A DNA stretch of 64,000 bases from a virus (lineage: Duplodnaviria; Caudoviricetes): IMG/VR virus record IMGVR_UViG_3300033121_002078, positions 30,623-94,622 of that record. One strand, 5' to 3'. Positions 30,401 to 40,031 of this stretch are shown here, piece after piece (within the stretch, counting starts at the first letter, position 1; every line of letters begins with the position of its first letter). The position numbers were made by a program, and so were the translations under genes. Below the pieces are notes generated by a model, which did not search any database, was not told the DNA's origin, and saw only the letters and a list, made by a program, of their open reading frames with translations.

Positions 30401-30783
30401 TGTCTTAACATCTTTCTGCTGGCTTGTGGATGTGGCCACACTAATTTAAAACCATTAATACAAAAATCAGAATACCATTTGATACCAGCAAACACTTTTG
30501 GCTCATTAAGAAAGAAGTATCTCGACCACATATAAACTTCTCTGCGTCGAGCCGCTATTTGCCAGTTTATATTTGTATTTATTGGACTAAAAAATTGTGG
30601 GTTTGTAACTATAGTATCTGGTGACTGAGCAAATTGTGCATACTTATTATGAAAAGGAGCAATAGCAAACGATCCATTAATATCACCTGAAGCCAACTTC
30701 TGCTGATGCAACTCTTTAGGAGGCAGAGCATTGCCCATAACGACATTAGTAGCATCTGCTTTTTTGATTGTTTTTTTAGCCAT
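27445..30783 (-). CDS. Portal protein with LAGLIDADG intein, Gly-rich linker and C-terminal DUF559/Vsr-like endonuclease domain
   Basis: Portal-type motifs (EYHMIGDVF, ILNPDWIEV, YGTSMIRP, PIKLVKVG); C-terminal YKLDFAFP...EVDGQFH...DKQRD...GWTVIRF. Confidence 0.8.
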   Translation of the reverse strand: MAKKTIKKADATNVVMGNALPPKELHQQKLASGDINGSFAIAPFHNKYAQFAQSPDTIVTNPQFFSPINTNINWQIAARRREVYMWSRYFFLNEPKVFAGIKWYSDFCINGFKLVWPHPQASRKMLRHFEYEVERLEIMNKLKQISLEYHMIGDVFIHVDMSCEKCGGTSIDPDSGERCNHKNGDINKLVILNPDWIEVVKPPWADEAVIVMIPDEDIIKIVQTKQPAEIYNQLSDQVKQQILQKKPIRLSPRTLVHMKHMAVDYGVYGTSMIRPLFQTLAYKTKLMSAQWLVAERLIVPIKLVKVGSDQRPAGPADIAEAQQMLASIANEPNVCLVTHHLVDIDFVGAQGKILQVSQELEHIDKELLDGLMLNQALLNGEATSYNCHSEDTLTLTDSGFKQYTEIDENDKIACVNPETKSIEYHPYIQKHIYDYNGEMVQFKTEKIDILVTPNHRMYVQPRNQIGFRFVEAKDVKPRAKVIGVVDDFVGEYVPEVKISDNLTIPINEYCELAGFYVSEGSLSNKKRKNRKNETITVNIHQSPNGKARKQIVAVCDRVFSAYHTNTLNDTIHIYKPALAQHFELYYGRHSYVKRLPAWIKNLPVEQLKLLLHSMILGDGSVKTCGKEQKDYLAYHTSSEQLSMDVAEIGFKCGYVVTLTKKPFKESADKVYKNKRGVEYHTRHQQWVVYLSKGRKGVNPGIESRDSSRSELKNNGVISRVAYTGKVYCFTVPHGLFVTMRNGLIAVQGNSAQVGVETLIRRLENFQTMLSNFVIKRVFEPIAQMKGFIDKEKSKEYGRPIYYTPEIKWNDLRLRDRTQRLQQIMQLHDKQVCSTQTLCEEMELNYSQEVERTRYEMAVAGPQGAQLGGGGGGPGGMPGGGMAGGGPAAAGGPGAAPEMGGPGGMPGGDAGGGAPGGGGGAPGGGGAMASAGMPGSPMKVIKKSKAKSLQKEVEPVRYGQVRFTELEQSYRQILDNVVNGLGVNTPYFFQYPVQNPRGGPAYKLDFAFPKLKLDFEVDGQFHQIPEQLQHDKQRDYDLAMRGWTVIRFDSQTVEDAPDAVKNVTASYIKKLANSGNSKKASGECIYKTSYGGNLIDLYNDELPDDIFEYFKDE
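28537..29625 (-). mobile_element. Intein (363 aa) with LAGLIDADG homing endonuclease, in the portal gene
   Basis: N-terminal CHSEDT, block B VTPNHRM, LAGFYVSEGS/MILGDGS, C-terminal VYCFTVP...VQGN followed by Ser. Confidence 0.9.
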
Positions 30784-30790
30784 TTAATTC

Positions 30791-31582
30791 CTATAGTCCT
30801 AAAGCTTCTGCCGACTCATTGACATCTTGTTGGTGTAACTCAGCAGGAAGCGGTTTTCTCTTTTTAATTATACCTTTGGGTTTTGGTAGTGTACGAGGAA
30901 ATGGTTCTACCAAAGCTGTTTTGGGTGTTATATCTGACTCTGATTCTTTAGGTGGCCAACTGATTTCACGAGGATAATCAGTGTGGCCATCGGGATAACA
31001 CCCCGTACAATACCATCTACCAAATTCATCTTGTTTAAACTTTTTATATTCAAAACACCTACCACAATATTTTAACTTTTCTGTATCTACCATAGTAGCT
31101 GCCGTTTTAACTGTTGGAACATTAAGTGTTAAATCTCCATCTACATCAATCCACACTTCGTTAGAATTGCCAATATTGTTTATGGTATTTGTTTGCATAG
31201 CCTTATCCAAAAGAATGTTGATTAACATTTCATTTGGTACACCCTGTGCAAACACTCCCTTTTCTTCAAGAGAGTACACTTGTTCGGCATAATGCTTCCA
31301 ATACTGGTCTTTTGACAGCTTGTTTTGTAATTCTTCTCTTAACTGGTCAACGTTCTCTTTTTTGGAAAAAAAGTTATTAGCAGTTTTAATTCGATAAGCA
31401 TTAAAAGTGGCAACTTTACGTTTATAGTTTAACATTTCTTGTGACTCCGTTAAATATTCTAAAACTCTATTATATACTTCATCACTTACTTGTCCAGAAA
31501 GATAATCTCGTCTCAGAGTTTCTATAGCACGAGAAAGTTCAGAATAATCATCAAGATTGTATTCTGAATCATTAATAGCCAA
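30791..31582 (-). CDS. Hypothetical head-region protein with a zinc finger
   Basis: CGRC...CTGC; KVA/KTA motifs. Confidence 0.55.
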   Translation of the reverse strand: MAINDSEYNLDDYSELSRAIETLRRDYLSGQVSDEVYNRVLEYLTESQEMLNYKRKVATFNAYRIKTANNFFSKKENVDQLREELQNKLSKDQYWKHYAEQVYSLEEKGVFAQGVPNEMLINILLDKAMQTNTINNIGNSNEVWIDVDGDLTLNVPTVKTAATMVDTEKLKYCGRCFEYKKFKQDEFGRWYCTGCYPDGHTDYPREISWPPKESESDITPKTALVEPFPRTLPKPKGIIKKRKPLPAELHQQDVNESAEALGL

Positions 31583-31629
31583 CCACGTAGAATCTAGTGG
31601 GCTTCTTATTGGAATGCTATGAGATGTGA

Positions 31630-33903
31630 TTAGTTTTTTTTTTGGGCTATCTTACTTAAATTAAATTTTCGTACAGATGCCTGATTCATCTTGAATCCGT
31701 TGTGGATTTCATCCGTAATAAGGACGGGTTGTCCACCTGATTCATTTAACCACCAAACATCTGGAAACGAATTTTGATTCAAGTACATTTTTAGTGATTC
31801 AACATCATTTGCGACAGGTACATTATCCTTGTACAAAAAGAATGGACCTTGCTTATTCTGACACACAACATCTTCTGGTCGTGGAGAATCTACTGCCTGA
31901 TCATTAACCTCGTTAAGCGGGTCATTTGTGTTGCCCATGTCTGATTGATATGGACTGCTATTCATTGATGGCACATTTTCTACTTGTGCAGTTTTAACTT
32001 CTGTTTTACTTGATGCAAAGTCAATGTCTCTATTTTTCCACCGATTAAATTCTTGTTCTTTTCTTTCTTCTTCCAAATCGTACATTTCTGGTTCGTTGTA
32101 TTCGTGGCTTTCAAGTATTTCTTCTTTTAGTACATTTTCTACTTCGGGAGACACTGGAATTTCTACATTGCTTGCGTCTTTGATGGAAGTAATTTCGACA
32201 TTTTCGCCCTGAAAATCTTTCTCAATATCATAAGACACTAAAACATCTTGTCCATTTGGAAGAGTTGTTTTTCTTGTGCCTTTTTCATTTTTTGAAGCTG
32301 TTTTAGTGCGTGATAAATTAAAAGATTTTGCAGACTTGTTTAATTTTGGATTGTTTTCTGATTTATCTCTTTTAGAATATTCTACAAGTTCGTGACCCAT
32401 AGCTTTTTCTCTGCGATCACGTTCAGACTGTGTTTGTTCTACATTGTTTTGATCAACATCTTTAGCCCAATCAAAAACGTCACCAGTATTAGTATCAGGC
32501 TTATAACCTCGCTTTTTTCCTTCCTTCTGCCGCATTGCCTGCATTCGTGCTTCAAGATTACCCTGTTCTGCTGGACGAGGCTTTCGTAATTCACCAGGTT
32601 TGAGACGCATTTTGTTTTCTTCTGGCACATTATGATTTACTTCAAAACGTCTTTCTATGTAACCACCTGTGACTTTGCCGTTTTCATCAACATAATCTCG
32701 TGAAAACTTGTCCATTATATTAGCACGCCAAACAGCCTCGCCACAAATCATTTTGTTGTCATCTATAGCAAGGCCATCAGGGCAGTAAAAACGACAAGTT
32801 TCCTCCGAAACAACTGCTCCCATACCACGATTTAATAGTTTGGGACAAATACGTTTTTCTGTTGGACCATACATTACATAGCCATCATTTGTTGCTCTGG
32901 CTTCTTTGTACATGTGTTGTGATAGATTGTATGTTTTTGCTAATACTGGAGTATCAGTACTTGGCATTGGTTCTGGTGTTGGGTTTATATTAGACATTCC
33001 TTGCTCCACATTATTAGGTACGGCATCGGGCAAATAATTCCTGTAAATTTCTGACAAAATATCTGCCACAGGTCCATCTTCTTTGTCTTCTTGACCAAGA
33101 TACCGAGACAATTGAGTGAAAGCCTCTTGAGCTGCTAACTGGTCATGCTTATCTGTAATAGTAGAAGTTATTTCATTCTGAGCATTCACAAAACCGTCTT
33201 CGTCACCAGACAAAATTATTTGGGTCATTTTGTGAATAAAATCGCCAATATCTTCAACTGGAAGAATTGTTGCTTGTTGTGGTTCGGGCTGTCCTCCCAT
33301 ACCTAGAGGGTCTTCAATACCAACAGGAGGAGCTTCCATTCCAAGACTTGGATCACTCATTTGAGCCAATTTAGTTCTATGAAGATTAAAAGCTACAACT
33401 CCAGTGTAATTTACTGGATTTGTTAGCGAGTTTTTTATTTTGTTGTGCAATTGTTTTTGTATACTCAAAAATTTTGGCTCCAATTCCGAATACAAACTCT
33501 GTGCTGCTGTTTGAACTTCAACACTATTAACTGTACTTAGTTCTGGATTTTCAATATTAGCTGTCATCATATCATTGAACGATTTAAAATCTGCAGGAGT
33601 GATTTGATTTGCTCTACGCATACTATCTATGACAGCATGATATACTTGTGGATCTTGTTTCCAGAATTTATTATAAACCTTCTGAAGAAGTGCTACTTTT
33701 TCGTAGTTTGCAAAATTTTGTTGTGATTCTGGATTTTGATACTTGTCTTTTATTTCTTGAGGTGAATTATTGTCTTTTAGAGTTTCTTCGGTTTCTTGAA
33801 GTGACTCTTTTAAATCTGGAACAAGATTGCCCAAGTCTCCTTTGCCAACTAAATTAGAGACTGCAGCATCGTTTTGTGTACCAGTTTGAGCATATTTTTT
33901 CAT
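31630..33903 (-). CDS. Large head-region protein with repeated FNL...KxA motifs
   Basis: 757 aa; FNLHRTKLAQ, YNLSQHMYKEAR, FNLSRTKTAS, FNLSKIAQ. Confidence 0.6.
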   Translation of the reverse strand: MKKYAQTGTQNDAAVSNLVGKGDLGNLVPDLKESLQETEETLKDNNSPQEIKDKYQNPESQQNFANYEKVALLQKVYNKFWKQDPQVYHAVIDSMRRANQITPADFKSFNDMMTANIENPELSTVNSVEVQTAAQSLYSELEPKFLSIQKQLHNKIKNSLTNPVNYTGVVAFNLHRTKLAQMSDPSLGMEAPPVGIEDPLGMGGQPEPQQATILPVEDIGDFIHKMTQIILSGDEDGFVNAQNEITSTITDKHDQLAAQEAFTQLSRYLGQEDKEDGPVADILSEIYRNYLPDAVPNNVEQGMSNINPTPEPMPSTDTPVLAKTYNLSQHMYKEARATNDGYVMYGPTEKRICPKLLNRGMGAVVSEETCRFYCPDGLAIDDNKMICGEAVWRANIMDKFSRDYVDENGKVTGGYIERRFEVNHNVPEENKMRLKPGELRKPRPAEQGNLEARMQAMRQKEGKKRGYKPDTNTGDVFDWAKDVDQNNVEQTQSERDRREKAMGHELVEYSKRDKSENNPKLNKSAKSFNLSRTKTASKNEKGTRKTTLPNGQDVLVSYDIEKDFQGENVEITSIKDASNVEIPVSPEVENVLKEEILESHEYNEPEMYDLEEERKEQEFNRWKNRDIDFASSKTEVKTAQVENVPSMNSSPYQSDMGNTNDPLNEVNDQAVDSPRPEDVVCQNKQGPFFLYKDNVPVANDVESLKMYLNQNSFPDVWWLNESGGQPVLITDEIHNGFKMNQASVRKFNLSKIAQKKN

Positions 33904-34962
33904 TTACTGGAATAGCCAACTCTTTGCCTTTACTGTGCCCTTGACCTGATTCCATTCGTGTTTAGAATTTGCTTTCTTTTCTGATCTCTCTTTTGCAATG
34001 GAAGCAAGTTTTTCGCCGTCTGTTTGTTCTGGTACGTTTGAAAACTCTTTGTTGTCACCAAACATTGATATTCCACTCTTTGGTGTTTGGCTATTAAAAG
34101 TGTCAGTAGAAGCATGCAAACTAACTACGTTGCTTGGCTTGATTTGTGTTTCGTTAAATTTTGCTTCAATTTCTTTTCTGTATAAGTCTTTAATCTTTTC
34201 TTTGTTTGCTAATTTTTCTTGTTTATACTTTTTGCTAATTTCATCGCTAGTAAGTGTATTTGCAAGCTTGTCGAGAGCAAATGGGTCTGAAACCGTATTT
34301 GGATTACTTAACTTGCCCAAATAGGCACCACCTGCCCTATTATTTTCTAGTTCTGTTTTAATAGTAGGTGATGCAAAAGCCTTGCCCAAAGAATCAGAGA
34401 AGCCATCGCTAATTCGTTGTGTACGCTGTTCGGGCATAATTCTGTCTTGAATCTTGGAAACGTATTTAGTAGCTGCCCGCTCAAGGTTCTTTCCACGCAA
34501 CTTTCCAGATTCAACTGCGAATTCGACTTCGTGTCTATCTGCAAGTTTAACACCTGCTCGCTGAGCAGCGTATTTAAGTTCCTCGACTATGTGAGATGCT
34601 ATTGAGTTTTTAACTTCTTGATATTGCTCATCAGAAGGTACTGAAAAGTCTATTACTTGCCCAAAATCAGGTGCAGAACTTGTTTTAGATACTGGCTCCA
34701 CCTTATAAGAGCATTTAATAAACTGGTGTGAGTTTTTAAAATCAATACCAGAAGCAAATTTACAACTGTTGCAAGTAGCCATACTAATTGACTTGCCCGC
34801 TAACGGACAAGATACACAGCCTGAAGCCACCTTAACTAGTTGCATATCAGCAACAGCTTCGTTTGAAGGAGATGTGTAATTCGAAAAGAATTGTGAAAAA
34901 GTGGTTGGGACTCTTTCATCTCCGTTATTGCTCATACGATAGTTATGTGCTGAAAAACTCAT
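33904..34962 (-). CDS. Hypothetical head-region protein
   Basis: 352 aa; Cys cluster CVSCP...CNSC. Confidence 0.55.
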   Translation of the reverse strand: MSFSAHNYRMSNNGDERVPTTFSQFFSNYTSPSNEAVADMQLVKVASGCVSCPLAGKSISMATCNSCKFASGIDFKNSHQFIKCSYKVEPVSKTSSAPDFGQVIDFSVPSDEQYQEVKNSIASHIVEELKYAAQRAGVKLADRHEVEFAVESGKLRGKNLERAATKYVSKIQDRIMPEQRTQRISDGFSDSLGKAFASPTIKTELENNRAGGAYLGKLSNPNTVSDPFALDKLANTLTSDEISKKYKQEKLANKEKIKDLYRKEIEAKFNETQIKPSNVVSLHASTDTFNSQTPKSGISMFGDNKEFSNVPEQTDGEKLASIAKERSEKKANSKHEWNQVKGTVKAKSWLFQ

Positions 34963-34973
34963 TTATTTTTTCC

Positions 34974-35444
34974 TTATGCTTTCTGTACTGCTGGACCACC
35001 TGTTTTTTGTGGTACAATAACTAACTGAAGTCCGCTAGATGTATCAAATTTTTGCAGAGAAAAACCACCTGCTGACACTAAATTATGCTCAAAAAGCAAA
35101 TCTAGTATTTGCTGTGCTAATTGTGCTTGTAACTGACCTGCACCTGGAGAAGATACAACAAGTGGTTTGTTTTGTGTGTTTGTTTCTGGATTAGGAGGAA
35201 GTTTCTGACCTTGACTACCCTGATTGACTGCCTCTTGCAGTTTTGCAGGATCAGGAGTTTCTTGTGGTTTATCTTGTGGAGGCTGTCCTTCAGGTGGAAG
35301 ATCTCCTGTGCCAAGATTCTTCTTGTCCATACCAAGTTGAGCACGTTTGTTCATATAAGAATTAAATAGATCATCTGAAAAGAGTGATGAATTCTTATAA
35401 GACTGTTGCTCCATTTGTTTTCTGCTGCCTATCGGCGTAACCAT
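34974..35444 (-). CDS. Hypothetical protein
   Basis: 156 aa; AGGAG SD. Confidence 0.55.
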   Translation of the reverse strand: MVTPIGSRKQMEQQSYKNSSLFSDDLFNSYMNKRAQLGMDKKNLGTGDLPPEGQPPQDKPQETPDPAKLQEAVNQGSQGQKLPPNPETNTQNKPLVVSSPGAGQLQAQLAQQILDLLFEHNLVSAGGFSLQKFDTSSGLQLVIVPQKTGGPAVQKA

Positions 35445-35468
35445 TTAAAAACTCCCTTTTTATAAAAA

Positions 35469-35903
35469 TTAGTCAGCCAATAATGCATCTACATAACCAC
35501 GAGGATATTTTACTGAACCTTCAAAGTATGAACGAAGTTTTTCTTTCTGTTTTCCAGAAAGCTTGCTTACTTTAATCCATTGATTCTTGTAAGTGGCTTC
35601 CTTCTTCTCTTCTTTGGGTTCTTCTTTTTCTGATTTCTCTGCTTTGGGTTCGGACTTCTTAGTTGACTTCTCATCTTTCTTGGTCATGGTAACAGATTCA
35701 CCCTTCTGAAACTCTTTATCAGCAGGAAGTGAAATTACGACACCATGTTCTTCGTCGCCCTCTGCAGAAGCTTTGCCAGCAGCAACCTTTGGAGTTGGCT
35801 CGGCAACAACTTTTTCTGCGGATGCCTTCTTAAGCATTCGCTCGGTGTATTGATCCCATGATTCTCCACCGAATGGGTTCTTGATTGATGTTACGAAGTG
35901 CAT
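35469..35903 (-). CDS. Hypothetical charged protein (scaffold-like)
   Basis: K/E-rich; AGGAG SD. Confidence 0.55.
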   Translation of the reverse strand: MHFVTSIKNPFGGESWDQYTERMLKKASAEKVVAEPTPKVAAGKASAEGDEEHGVVISLPADKEFQKGESVTMTKKDEKSTKKSEPKAEKSEKEEPKEEKKEATYKNQWIKVSKLSGKQKEKLRSYFEGSVKYPRGYVDALLAD

Positions 35904-35955
35904 TTACTATCTCCTATTTTTCTGAAAAAACACACAGTATATGTTATAAACTCTT

Positions 35956-36399
35956 TCACGATATTCCTTTAAAGTTTTTCAATATTTTTTTGAGTTTGAA
36001 AGCACTAACAGGGTCTTTTGGTTCAGTTAGATAAATTGCCTCTTTAAGAAAATACAATTCTCCTGTTGAACTAAACTTTCCTACTAAATCACCTTCTTGT
36101 TTAAACCCTAACATTTCCAGCATTTTTCTGATATCATCCAGTACATTTTCAGATTCACTTTCTAAACTACACGGACATTGAACAGAAGATTCACCTTCTT
36201 CTATAGAAGGATTATTTTTTTCATCTTGAATATGAAATTGTTCCAGATTTTCAACTTCGGTTTGAAGCGGAGCATGATCCACAGATACATCTTTATCTGT
36301 TTTAGGTTCTTCTGTCAAAATCTGTGAATAAACATACAAATAATCTTTTGAATCAAGATGACTATCAGAATTAAACTGTGTAATAATCGGCAAACTCAT
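35956..36399 (-). CDS. Hypothetical protein
   Basis: 147-aa ORF. Confidence 0.5.
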   Translation of the reverse strand: MSLPIITQFNSDSHLDSKDYLYVYSQILTEEPKTDKDVSVDHAPLQTEVENLEQFHIQDEKNNPSIEEGESSVQCPCSLESESENVLDDIRKMLEMLGFKQEGDLVGKFSSTGELYFLKEAIYLTEPKDPVSAFKLKKILKNFKGIS

Positions 36400-38097
36400 T
36401 TATATGTTTTCACCAGGGGATGCATTTTCACCCGCAATAGGGTATTCATTGCCAGAAGTTTCTTTTATTTTGCTTTGCAGTCCACCAATAAGATATTGCA
36501 AAGTAGTCAACACTTCAGAAGATAAACCTGGAACATGCAAAACAGACTGCAATGCAGTTATTGTTTGTGGGTTAGCTAACTTATCTGATTCTGGAGTGTT
36601 CATAAACTTCAATATTGGTCCATAAACATCGGGACCAGCAACAGAAGGACTGGAAGGATTTCCAGAAGGAGCAACAGGAGCTACCTGATCAGACCCAGGA
36701 GATGTTGCTTGGGGTAAAGCAGTTTGTGACTGCTGCTGTGGCTGCGGTTGCTGTTGTTGCTGCTGTTGCTGTTTTCCTTGCAAAACCTGCGAGAATTGTG
36801 TCAACAGGGTTTGCATTCTATTAATATTTTTAACGTCAACAGGATTCATGGCCAATCCTCTAGAAGCATTCATCAGGTTTTGTATTAGCGGAAGAGTATC
36901 AGGTGAATTTGCTGCTTTACCAGTAGTAGTAAGCTCTGACATTTGCTGATTTATAGATTGCACATAAGGGTTAATTTCGTCAAGCAGCGTAATTACAGGC
37001 GTAATTAAATCACCCACAGCATTCTGTACTTGTTGTGCTATTTTTATTGATTTGGAATAATTAAAACTTGCAGTAGAAGTTTGTCCCGGCAAAACCGTAG
37101 TAAGGTGTTTTTTATTCCTGTGATCCGAAGTAAAATTAGCAGCCTGTCCTGCTCCACTAGTACTTGTATTAGTGGGCATAGTGCCTGTTGAAGAGAACGA
37201 TCCTGATGGCTGACTTAATGCATCCATCGCTACGCTCTCTGCATTTTGTGGTGGCTTTGAAGAAGCTGAAAGCATTTGCTGAAGAACTTGCCTTAATTGA
37301 GGAATGTTTCCTCTGACTCCATTACCCCAGGTTCGGACAATAGCTTCACGACCTTTTTGATTTATTCTAGGGTTGGCCAAAAGATTCTGAATAGCTTGAT
37401 AAGCTTGTGTAGCCAACATATTGAGTTGATTAATATTGCTTCTTAAAGCATCAATTTTTTGTTTTTGAAAAAGAAAATAAGAGCCTGCATTAAAAGCCTT
37501 ACCAATACCTCTGCCAATAGCTCCAATACCTTTGCCTATAGAATCAAACAGTCCAGCCTCTTTAATTAAGTTATCAAGATCATAAAGATCACTAAACTCT
37601 GGATGAGTATGTAAAGAAGCCTCTTTTATTTTGTCTAATGTGTTATAAAAATTCTCTAAATCAGAATCTAAATTGTTTGCTTTTTTTATGTCCAAAATCA
37701 ACTTGTCAGCAACCACGTCTGGAACCATTTTATATTTGGATATGCCAACACTAAAAAGTTGATCTATTTGGTGTTTGGATGCTGAAGAAGCATATTTGGA
37801 AATAAAATCTGTGTCATATAAATTAGAAACAGAATCCTGATACTCCTTAAGACACTCCATTGTTATTTGTTGCATAGATTCATTAGAAGAAACTCTTTTC
37901 TGTCTAACACAATTATTAATACATCTGGTGTTTTTCATTACATAATTTAAAACACCGACATATTGTGCTATTTTAGTGAAGCTATTACTTCGTATTAAAT
38001 TGTCAGTAATAGCATCCGCAACATCAAACTTCCCGTGAAAGTCTGCAATTTCGGCAAGCTTTAAGAGTTTTTCTGTGGACAAGTCATTTTCCTGCAT
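36400..38097 (-). CDS. Hypothetical internal-head-like protein with a poly-Gln tract
   Basis: KLAEIADFHGKFDVADAI, several KxA motifs, QQQQQQQPQPQQQ. Confidence 0.6.
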   Translation of the reverse strand: MQENDLSTEKLLKLAEIADFHGKFDVADAITDNLIRSNSFTKIAQYVGVLNYVMKNTRCINNCVRQKRVSSNESMQQITMECLKEYQDSVSNLYDTDFISKYASSASKHQIDQLFSVGISKYKMVPDVVADKLILDIKKANNLDSDLENFYNTLDKIKEASLHTHPEFSDLYDLDNLIKEAGLFDSIGKGIGAIGRGIGKAFNAGSYFLFQKQKIDALRSNINQLNMLATQAYQAIQNLLANPRINQKGREAIVRTWGNGVRGNIPQLRQVLQQMLSASSKPPQNAESVAMDALSQPSGSFSSTGTMPTNTSTSGAGQAANFTSDHRNKKHLTTVLPGQTSTASFNYSKSIKIAQQVQNAVGDLITPVITLLDEINPYVQSINQQMSELTTTGKAANSPDTLPLIQNLMNASRGLAMNPVDVKNINRMQTLLTQFSQVLQGKQQQQQQQQPQPQQQSQTALPQATSPGSDQVAPVAPSGNPSSPSVAGPDVYGPILKFMNTPESDKLANPQTITALQSVLHVPGLSSEVLTTLQYLIGGLQSKIKETSGNEYPIAGENASPGENI

Positions 38098-38148
38098 GGA
38101 GTATCTCCAAATTTATTCTTATTTTAAGTGTAAAAATTTAAAATTCCT

Positions 38149-38919
38149 TTATTCTATTCTGCGACTAGCTACTATGATAGAGGGATCAAATATTCTCCAC
38201 TCGTTTTCATAACTATTATAAGTGTAATACTCTTTAAGTTTGTCATCATCCATGTTTATGCCAGTATGGTACTTCAGTGGTTGTTTTAATGTGACTTCTA
38301 CTACCCCAACCTTGTCTGGAGTTATTCCTTTATCAATAAATTTTTTAACCAGATTCTCTGACGTGCCAACAAGAGCTGGAAATTTTGATCCGTGACCATT
38401 AGAAAAAGCAAGAAAGCCCAATAATTTTCGCTTATCATCCCAGTGTACCTTTCCCAAGTTAAAAGAGTCTTCTGACCATCTTTCAATTGTAGAAATAAGT
38501 GCCTGTGCCCGCTTTTCTTCCATCCCCCATTTTGTTGCCAATGACAAAGCATCCGACCATTTATATTTGCCAAAAGCCACATTTGATATTTCTTTGATTG
38601 CATCAGCGTACAACTTTGCATTTCCAAGAGTAGTTAAAGACACATATGTCCCATGTCCACCAAAAGTTTGATCATCTGGATTTATAAAAGTCTTAAAACC
38701 CTCTTGCAAAATCCGATCAGGATCAGGAGTGGCGTGATACAACTTTTTAGGCAGAGGCATAGCAGAAGTCCCACTTGGCAATCCTCTGCTTCCAAAATTC
38801 CATGTGTCAGGTTTGTAACGAACTCGACCCATGTGTTCGCCCCACGATGGATCGTATCCAGCCTGTTCTTCTGTGGCTTCTATTTCTTCTCTGTATGATA
38901 CTTTTTTAAACCAATTCAT
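38149..38919 (-). CDS. Putative ADP-ribosyltransferase-fold protein with MNWFKK leader
   Basis: LYHAT...ILQEGF, YVSLT, ENEWRIFD fit the H-S-ExE arrangement of ART folds. Confidence 0.55.
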   Translation of the reverse strand: MNWFKKVSYREEIEATEEQAGYDPSWGEHMGRVRYKPDTWNFGSRGLPSGTSAMPLPKKLYHATPDPDRILQEGFKTFINPDDQTFGGHGTYVSLTTLGNAKLYADAIKEISNVAFGKYKWSDALSLATKWGMEEKRAQALISTIERWSEDSFNLGKVHWDDKRKLLGFLAFSNGHGSKFPALVGTSENLVKKFIDKGITPDKVGVVEVTLKQPLKYHTGINMDDDKLKEYYTYNSYENEWRIFDPSIIVASRRIE

Positions 38920-39280
38920 TTGGTGTACGCAACATAGTTTCGGATGTTCGAAAATCTTTGTTGCGTCCTTTGTTTTCCTTAAAATTAAACCGTTTATAGA
39001 AACGCACTAACCTTCCTCTGGAAGTTGTGCCATTATATTTGTCTTTTGTTCCGGGACTTAATTCTATTCTTTTGCCAACACTATCAGCATAAGAAGTTAA
39101 ATCTTTCATAATTTGACTTCCAAATCCGCGATTGCGAAAATCTTTTGGCACAATCAAACTGCTCAAAATTATTTTGTCATCTTTCTCATACACAAAAATA
39201 ACAAGACCAGGAACAGTTGCTTTCCATCTGTTGGTTATAGATTGAAGCGTCTCAGCCGATATTTTTATTAACCAACTCAT
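38906..39280 (-). CDS. GNAT acetyltransferase with MSWLIK leader
   Basis: IVPKDFRNRGFGSQIM, LVRFYKRFNF. Confidence 0.8.
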   Translation of the reverse strand: MSWLIKISAETLQSITNRWKATVPGLVIFVYEKDDKIILSSLIVPKDFRNRGFGSQIMKDLTSYADSVGKRIELSPGTKDKYNGTTSRGRLVRFYKRFNFKENKGRNKDFRTSETMLRTPNELV

Positions 39281-39801
39281 TATGCAGGTCTAAAAACAAA
39301 CTTATCCATATTGTGGTGATAAAAATCACCATAAAGTATTTTTATATTACTCATATTATCAATACAAAATGCTCTAATTGCTTGTCGATGTCTATCCCAC
39401 GTAACTAAGATGTGATTTCCAGTAGTACGGGCTACAAAATCTCCATATGGCTCTGTTATTCTTGTCCCTGTTTCTGCCCCCGACAACGTGAAATAATCAA
39501 ACATTAAACACTGTTGTATATCTATTGCTTTTAATATTTTTTGGTCAGGTGTTAAATCTTCATCGTTTACATTTTGCCAATCATGAGGAGCTTCTACTTC
39601 TTCTTCTCGTACTGGCCCAAATTCATCTTGTGTAAAATCTTCTGGAATTTCATCTAAAAATGTTTCCTGATCCCCCTCATCCATATATTGTCCAACGTTT
39701 TCTGGCGTAACAACTGGCAAATCTTCTTGGACTTCTGGTTCATCGTATTGAAACCTGTCATCTGGATCATAAAAATGTTGTGCTTTTTTAAACCAGCTCA
39801 T
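39280..39801 (-). CDS. WYL-domain protein with MSWFKKAQ leader
   Basis: FDY...RITEPY...WDRHRQAIRAFCIDNM. Confidence 0.7.
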   Translation of the reverse strand: MSWFKKAQHFYDPDDRFQYDEPEVQEDLPVVTPENVGQYMDEGDQETFLDEIPEDFTQDEFGPVREEEVEAPHDWQNVNDEDLTPDQKILKAIDIQQCLMFDYFTLSGAETGTRITEPYGDFVARTTGNHILVTWDRHRQAIRAFCIDNMSNIKILYGDFYHHNMDKFVFRPA

Positions 39802-40031
39802 TTAAATTGTTGTCCTGCAATATTTCTTACCAACTCTGAAGGATCGTGATCTGCTGCATATTCAAGCAGTTTATAAGCTTCTTCGTCACCGCTAGCTGCT
39901 AGCTTTGCCAAGCTTGGTATCATATGATACCTAACCATTTCATTCCCTTCACGATAATACTTAATTATCGTTTCCTTGTCCTTTGGATAAGATACAATTT
40001 CTGATATTTCGGACAGTTTAAACCAGCTCAT
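39798..40031 (-). CDS. Small HEAT-repeat-like protein with MSWFK leader
   Basis: LLEYAADHDPSELVRNIA. Confidence 0.5.
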   Translation of the reverse strand: MSWFKLSEISEIVSYPKDKETIIKYYREGNEMVRYHMIPSLAKLAASGDEEAYKLLEYAADHDPSELVRNIAGQQFK

